Assembly (NCBI GenBank): GCA_963555985.3
Contig: OY820591.1
Location: 512,001-576,000 of the forward strand
Direction of reading: 5' to 3'
DNA length: 64,000 nt
DNA from: Dehalococcoidia bacterium
GTDB lineage: Bacteria; Chloroflexota; Dehalococcoidia; Bin125
The translations under genes and the position numbers were made by a program. The stretch's first letter is position 1, and each line of letters opens with the position of its first letter. Of the stretch, positions 54,913-64,000 are shown piece by piece. The notes beneath the pieces are model-generated. The model was not told the origin of the DNA and searched no databases. It worked only from the letters and a program-made list of their open reading frames with translations.

Positions 54913-55434
54913 ATGAAGGAAGTCACGATTGAAGCGCTGCGCGTCTCCCTGATGAACTACAACCGGGTGGTGGTGCTGAAGGAGAAGGACGCGGATCGCT
55001 ACCTGACGATCTACATCGGGGCGGCGGAGGCGGACGCGATCGCGCTGCGGTTGCAGCAGGTCAACGTTGCGCGGCCGATGACGCACGATCTGCTGACCAA
55101 CGTGATGGCCGAGCTGGGGGCGCGGGTGATCCGGGTGGTGGTGACGGAGGTCAGGAACGACACCTACTACGCGCGGCTCTACCTGGATGTGAACAACCAG
55201 GAGCTGGAGATCGACTCGCGTCCCTCCGATGCGATCGCGCTGGCGGTGCGGGCGGAGGCTCCGATTTTTGTCGAGGACGCGGTGATCGACGCGGCTGGGG
55301 TGCTGCTGGACGATCAGGGATTGGTGACGGGCGAGGAAGAGGACAAGCCGGAGCCGGTGAGGCCGGAGGAGTTGGAGAAGATGTCGGCCTTCCGGGACTT
55401 CATCGAGAGTCTGGATATGGACGATTTCGAGTAG
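54913..55434 (+). CDS. Bifunctional nuclease family protein (DUF151)
   Basis: VVVLKE...LTIYIG..EA, RPMTHDL, IDSRPSDAIALA. Confidence 0.93.
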   Translation: MKEVTIEALRVSLMNYNRVVVLKEKDADRYLTIYIGAAEADAIALRLQQVNVARPMTHDLLTNVMAELGARVIRVVVTEVRNDTYYARLYLDVNNQELEIDSRPSDAIALAVRAEAPIFVEDAVIDAAGVLLDDQGLVTGEEEDKPEPVRPEELEKMSAFRDFIESLDMDDFE

Positions 55435-55491
55435 GGGGCTTTTGTCTCTGCGGCGGTGCTGTGGGTGATGCGGCGCAGGGGCAGGGCTTTC

Positions 55492-55625
55492 GGACCCCCC
55501 TCTGCCTTCGGCATCTCCCCCCGCACTGCGGGGGGAGAGGGGAGGTGGGTTCGGGGCATTCGCTCCGCAGTGGCGGGAGAGGGTGAGGTGGGTTCGGGGC
55601 ATTCGCTCCGCAGTGTTGGGAGAGG
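55492..55625. repeat. Family A hairpin followed by a two-copy 43-bp tandem repeat
   Basis: gaggtgggttcggggcattcgctccgcagtg at 55542 and 55585. Confidence 0.8.
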
Positions 55626-55677
55626 ATCCGGAGACTTTCGGGCCTGCGTATCGTGCGACACATGGGGCTGCGGCGCG

Positions 55678-55705
55678 TTGTCGCAAGGGGACATTGTGAT
55701 ATCTT
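55678..55705 (+). promoter_or_regulatory. Possible sigma70-type promoter of the atp operon
   Basis: TTGTCG-16 nt-TATCTT with a TGn extension, about 30 nt before the first atp gene. Confidence 0.35.
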
Positions 55706-55733
55706 TCGCAAGGCTCAGGGAAGGGCCGCCCAG

Positions 55734-55984
55734 ATGAGTCAATGGCCGCCGGCCATGCAGCTCCTGGGGATCGGCTGGTACGTCGCGGTCTGCATTGTCG
55801 GCGGCGTGCTGCTGGGGCTCTGGCTTGATCGTGAGCTGGGGATATCGCCCGCCCTCACCCTGGCCGGCCTCGGGCTCGGTCTGGCTGCAGCCGGCTGGGG
55901 CGGCTACCGAATGCTGCAACAGCTCTTTGCGGCGCAGCAGCAGCGCGACTCGCGGACGGACGGCGACAGCGAAGGAAGCGGGGA

Positions 55985-55988
<4 letters not shown>
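55734..55988 (+). CDS. ATP synthase accessory protein (AtpZ/AtpI family, 2 TM)
   Basis: IGWYVAVCIVGGVLLGLWLDR...LTLAGLGLG; first gene of the operon. Confidence 0.85.
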
Positions 55989-57813
<1,825 letters not shown>

Positions 57814-57913
57814 CCACAGCCGGGGCGCGAACCGATCTGCGCGGGCTCGGCGCTGAAGTCAGATTCAGCGGCCGGGTCGCAGCAGCAGCGCACGCAGACG
57901 AACGGGGAAGCGT

Positions 57914-58417
57914 ATGGACGCACTCGGTCTCAACCTCGCCGGACTCATCACGCATTTCATCAGCTTCGGGATTCTCTTCGCGCTGCTGTTTGTGCTGCTC
58001 TACAAGCCGCTCGGGCGTGTACTCGAAGAGCGCCGCAAGCGGATCGAAGAAGGCCTGACCGCCTCGGAACGCGCGCAGGAAGCGGCGGAAGAAGCTCGCG
58101 CCGAAGCCCGCGCCGAAATTCAGCAGGGCCGCGAAGAGGCGCAGCGGCTGGTCGCTCAGGCGCAGGAGCTCGCTCAGCGGATCGAAGCGGAGGCTCGCGA
58201 AGGTGCTGTGGAGCAGGCGGAGCAGCTGATCGAACGCGCCCGCTCGGAGATCGAGCAGGAACGCGATCAGGCTGTTCAGCAGTTACGCAACGAATTCGCC
58301 GGTCTCGCCATCTCCGCCGCCGAGCGGGTGATTGGGCAGGCGCTCAACCGCGACGACCACCAGCGCCTGATCGCCGATGTGTTGGCAGAGTCCAACGCCG
58401 GCGAGCGGCGCAACTAG
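57914..58417 (+). CDS. atpF: ATP synthase Fo subunit b
   Basis: N-terminal TM, YKPL...EERRKRIEEGL, coiled coil. Confidence 0.95.
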   Translation: MDALGLNLAGLITHFISFGILFALLFVLLYKPLGRVLEERRKRIEEGLTASERAQEAAEEARAEARAEIQQGREEAQRLVAQAQELAQRIEAEAREGAVEQAEQLIERARSEIEQERDQAVQQLRNEFAGLAISAAERVIGQALNRDDHQRLIADVLAESNAGERRN

Positions 58418-58453
58418 ACTGCCGCGACGCGCAATCGCGCGAAGGAGGCGCAC

Positions 58454-59008
58454 GTGGCACAACGCGACCCCGCCGCTCGACGCTACGCCGATGCGGTCTT
58501 CGGTATCGCCAGCGACTCCGGCGATGCGGATGCGTTCGATCGCTGGCTGAGCGACCTCGACGACATCGCTCAGCTCTTTGCAGAGCCGACTGTGCGCGGC
58601 TTCCTCGTCAGCACCCGGGTGACCCAGGAACAGAAAGAGGCCGTGCTTGAGCAGGCCTTGCCGGATGTGCAGGCGGATTCGCGCAACCTGGCCAAGCTGC
58701 TGGTGCGTAAGCGCCGGGTGGCTCTGGCTGACCAGATCGGCGACGCTTTTCGCCAGCGCCTCAACGCCGTCCGCAACATTACCGAGGCCAGTGTGGTCAC
58801 GGCGGTGCCGCTCAGCGACGAGGCCCGCCGCGCCGTTGCCGAGGCTGTACACCACTACACCAACGCCGAAACGGTGCAACTGACCGAATCGGTGGATCCG
58901 GAGTTGATCGGCGGGGCGGTGATCCAAATCGGCGACCGGATCATCGACGGTTCGGTGCGCACCCGGCTCGCCACGCTCCGCCGCTCACTCGCTAGCGGAG
59001 CCGCCTAA
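58454..59008 (+). CDS. atpH: ATP synthase F1 delta
   Basis: ARRYADAVF, VDPELIGG...IGDRIIDGSV. Confidence 0.95.
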   Translation: MAQRDPAARRYADAVFGIASDSGDADAFDRWLSDLDDIAQLFAEPTVRGFLVSTRVTQEQKEAVLEQALPDVQADSRNLAKLLVRKRRVALADQIGDAFRQRLNAVRNITEASVVTAVPLSDEARRAVAEAVHHYTNAETVQLTESVDPELIGGAVIQIGDRIIDGSVRTRLATLRRSLASGAA

Positions 59009-59050
59009 CGACAGGGAGCGTCGCCAGACGCTTCGCCAAGGAGACAGAAC

Positions 59051-60577
<1,527 letters not shown>

Positions 60578-60628
60578 GGGGCGAACCCGCCCCGCGTAGG
60601 CAGGGGTCAGGGAAGGCATCAGCCGCCG

Positions 60629-61504
60629 ATGGCCAACACCCGCGAAATTCGCCGACGCATCCGCTCGGTCGAGAACACCGCCAAGATCACCAACGCGATC
60701 CAGCTCGTCGCGGCCTCGAAGATGCGCCGCGCGCAGGATCGCGCGCTTTCGGCGCGGCCCTACGCAGAGAAGATGCAGACGGTCTTGAGCCATCTCTCGA
60801 ACGTGGCCACCGATCCCGATTCCAGCCATCCCCTGCTGGAGCGGCGTGAGATCCAGGAAACCACCGTGATCCTGATCACGCCCGACCGCGGCCTCTGCGG
60901 CGGCCTGATTGCGAACCTCGAACGTCACACCGGTGAGATCGTGCTCGGTTCCGAGCGCTCCGGCGACATCTCGATGATTCCGGTCGGACGCAAGGGCGGG
61001 GACTACTTCCAGCGCTTCGGGATCAACTTTCGCGCCAGCTTCCAGGAGCTCGGCGACTACCCGGGGCTGGCGGAGACGCAGCCGATTTCCCGGATCGCGA
61101 TTGACGACTACATCAACGGCGATATCGATCAGGTGCTGCTGGTCTACGCCTCGTTCATCAACACTGTTCAGCAGGTACCGGTGACGGTCCCGATTCTGCC
61201 GGTCGAGCCGCCCGCCTCGGAGGACGGGGCCGAGGGCGGCGAAGCGCAGTACATCTTCGAGCCGTCCCCGCAGGAAGTGCTCGCTGATCTGCTGCCGCGC
61301 TACGTGGATCTGCTGGTCTACCAGGCGGTGCTGGAGGCGGCGGCCTCGGAGCAGTCGGCGCGGATGGTGGCGATGCGCAACGCGACCGACGCGGCGAACG
61401 AGATGATCGACGAGCTCACGCTCGTTTACAACAAGGCGCGCCAGGAGCAGATCACGTCCGAGCTGCTCGATATCACCGGCGGCGTGGAAGCGCTCAAGGG
61501 CTAA
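60629..61504 (+). CDS. atpG: ATP synthase F1 gamma
   Basis: KITNAIQLVAASK, DRGLCG, SEQSARMVAM, RQEQITSEL. Confidence 0.97.
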   Translation: MANTREIRRRIRSVENTAKITNAIQLVAASKMRRAQDRALSARPYAEKMQTVLSHLSNVATDPDSSHPLLERREIQETTVILITPDRGLCGGLIANLERHTGEIVLGSERSGDISMIPVGRKGGDYFQRFGINFRASFQELGDYPGLAETQPISRIAIDDYINGDIDQVLLVYASFINTVQQVPVTVPILPVEPPASEDGAEGGEAQYIFEPSPQEVLADLLPRYVDLLVYQAVLEAAASEQSARMVAMRNATDAANEMIDELTLVYNKARQEQITSELLDITGGVEALKG

Positions 61505-61507
61505 CTC

Positions 61508-62176
61508 ATGGCGGCAGCGGTGATCTTCGATATGGACGGCGTGCTGCTGGACTCGGAGCCGCTGCATTACGAAGCCGTCCGCCAGGCTCTGGCCGAGCAG
61601 GGCGTCGACTTTCCGCTTGACGACTACGCCCGCTATCTAGGCACGACGCTGACCAGCACCTGGGACGAACTCTGCGAGCGCTACCCGATTACGATGACGC
61701 TCGCCGAGTTCGAGGCGCGCTACAACGCTGACGTGCTGGCTCAGTATCAGGCCGGCGCGCCGCTAATTCGCGGGGCGCGTGAGCTTGTCCAGCAGTTGCG
61801 CGAGGCGGGCGTGCCGATTGCAGTGGCCAGCTCGTCGCATCGGATGTGGGTGGAAGCAGCGCTCACGGGTGCGGGCCTGCGCGAGTACTTTGAGCAGACC
61901 ACCGCCGGCGATGAGGTCTCGATGGGCAAGCCCTCACCTGAGATCTATCTGAAGGCTGCGGCCAAGCTCGGTTTCGCGCCGGAGGATTGCATTGCGATTG
62001 AAGACGCTCCTGCCGGGGTCGAATCAGCTACGGCTGCGGGGATGCGGGTAGTGCTGGTGCGCAGCGAACTGACGACGGACCTCAAGCTGACCTCCGACTG
62101 GGAGGTTGACGATCTGACAGAATTCGAGCTCGCATGGCTCAGCGCCGAACCGGCCGATCTGGTCGGGGCGGTCTAG
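61508..62176 (+). CDS. HAD-family phosphatase (beta-PGM/CbbY-like) inside the atp operon
   Basis: FDMDGVLLDSE, VASSS, KPSPEIY, IEDAPAG. Confidence 0.92.
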   Translation: MAAAVIFDMDGVLLDSEPLHYEAVRQALAEQGVDFPLDDYARYLGTTLTSTWDELCERYPITMTLAEFEARYNADVLAQYQAGAPLIRGARELVQQLREAGVPIAVASSSHRMWVEAALTGAGLREYFEQTTAGDEVSMGKPSPEIYLKAAAKLGFAPEDCIAIEDAPAGVESATAAGMRVVLVRSELTTDLKLTSDWEVDDLTEFELAWLSAEPADLVGAV

Positions 62177-63610
<1,434 letters not shown>

Positions 63611-63621
63611 CGCACTTCTTC

Positions 63622-63655
63622 ACCTCTCCCCCTCTGGGGGAGATTGAGAGGGGGG
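63622..63655. repeat. Short family A hairpin between atpD and atpC
   Basis: acctctccccctctgggggagattgagagggggg. Confidence 0.55.
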
Positions 63656-63658
63656 CAC

Positions 63659-64000
63659 ATGCCGCTCACGCTTGAGATCATCACCGGCGAACGCCGCCTG
63701 TTGCGTCAGGAAGACGTGGATGAAGTGATTGCGCCCGGTTCGCTCGGCGAACTCGGGATCCTGCCTAACCACGCTCCCCTGATCACCTCGCTCGCGCCGG
63801 GCGAATTGCGAGTCAAGTCCGGCGGCAACGAAGAGGAGTTCTTCGTCTCCGGCGGGTTCCTGGAGGTTCAGGCGGATGAGGTGACGGTGCTCGCCGATGC
63901 CGCCGAACACGGTGGTGAGATCGATGCCGAGCGAGCCGAGGAGGCTCGTCAGCGGGCGCTTGAGCGGCTCGAGCAAGCGAGCGACGCGGATCGCGCCCGC
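63659..64000 (+). CDS. atpC: ATP synthase F1 epsilon, truncated by the window end
   Basis: Read manually: MPLTLEIITGER...PGSLGELGILPNHAPLIT...FFVSGGFLEV...VTVLADAAE...ID. Confidence 0.95.
   Translation, partial: MPLTLEIITGERRLLRQEDVDEVIAPGSLGELGILPNHAPLITSLAPGELRVKSGGNEEEFFVSGGFLEVQADEVTVLADAAEHGGEIDAERAEEARQRALERLEQASDADRAR

Noticed and set aside
55542-55625. Possible mini-CRISPR
   Set aside because: Only two units with a ~12-nt gap and no cas genes; it is a simple tandem duplication.

Overview
GC-rich bacterial chromosomal window, probably Chloroflexota/Dehalococcoidia and possibly host-associated. This taxonomy is an inference from the Tat-lipoprotein solute-binding protein, three luciferase-like monooxygenases and the atp operon style. 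From left to right the window holds: a truncated ABC solute-binding gene; a small defence island (higBA, an NDT/TIR-like protein, a DUF433+PIN pair, an MTase-Mrr fusion, PaREP1); a flavin halogenase, hydrolase and SDR; and two paralogous ~920-aa secreted surface proteins. Next come a tungsten-type aldehyde:ferredoxin oxidoreductase, seven tandem MFS paralogs, an LLM/lactonase cluster, an orphan MTase, mscS, nfeD-flotillin, moxR-DUF58-DUF4129, cinA, comB and pyrF. The window ends in an F1Fo operon. The best novelty candidate is the surface-protein pair: both genes have a poly-C tract after the ATG that leaves them one base out of frame, and they sit as cassettes between three 55-bp copies of a host gene's 3' end, which suggests serial integration of phase-variable genes with no integrase in view. 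Also notable are a 15-aa C-terminal motif kept in the first six MFS paralogs but frameshifted in the last, a ~225-aa insertion in ATP synthase subunit a, a HAD gene inside the atp operon, and palindromic repeat families with a local strand-specific loss of C. No rRNA, tRNA, CRISPR array, transposase or integrase was recognised. All family calls are from motif recognition by eye; no database searches were run.
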